NCBI RefSeq assembly: GCF_001949145.1
Contig: NW_019091359.1
Location: forward strand, 1,036,381-1,070,735
Length of the DNA stretch: 34,355 bases
DNA from: Acanthaster planci
Lineage: Eukaryota
Direction of reading: 5' to 3'
Shown: positions 34,333 through 34,355 of the stretch, piece by piece
Layout of the letters: the number at the start of each line of letters is the position of its first letter
Numbering within the stretch: position 1 is the first letter of the stretch
The notes under the pieces: model-generated
Databases searched by the model: none
Seen by the model: the letters and a program-made list of their open reading frames with translations, nothing else
Told to the model about the DNA's origin: nothing
Position numbers and translations under genes: made by a program

Positions 34333-34355
34333 GTAAGCAGCGTGATGCATAAGTT

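Overview
Eukaryotic (animal) genomic DNA, AT-rich with many TACATGTA motifs, compatible with a marine invertebrate. It is not prokaryotic. The right half (19771 to the window end, + strand) holds the first 10 coding exons of a clear WAC orthologue (WW domain-containing adapter with coiled-coil; Drosophila wacky). All junctions are GT-AG and phase-consistent, giving 647 codons. Diagnostic segments are the N-terminus [14 protein letters not shown], the WW domain [32 protein letters not shown] and [28 protein letters not shown]. The gene runs off the window. The left ~15 kb is mostly decayed transposons: a ~40-45 bp degenerate satellite that flips orientation (foldback-like), several MITEs (pogo-like, piggyBac-like, hAT-like) and decayed coding remnants resembling Gypsy pol, a Kolobok P2X7-ballast-like (KolX) protein, a hAT transposase N-terminus and an Academ transposase. 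WAC introns contain tRNA-derived SINEs, a hAT MITE with a perfect 8-bp TSD carrying two nested Harbinger-like MITEs, and twin perfect hairpins with identical ATAAA loops. Upstream of WAC on the minus strand, well-formed exons with no continuous ORF suggest a divergent spliced lncRNA. I found no convincing new multi-gene system. The best leads are the divergent lncRNA, the twin hairpin and the foldback satellite.
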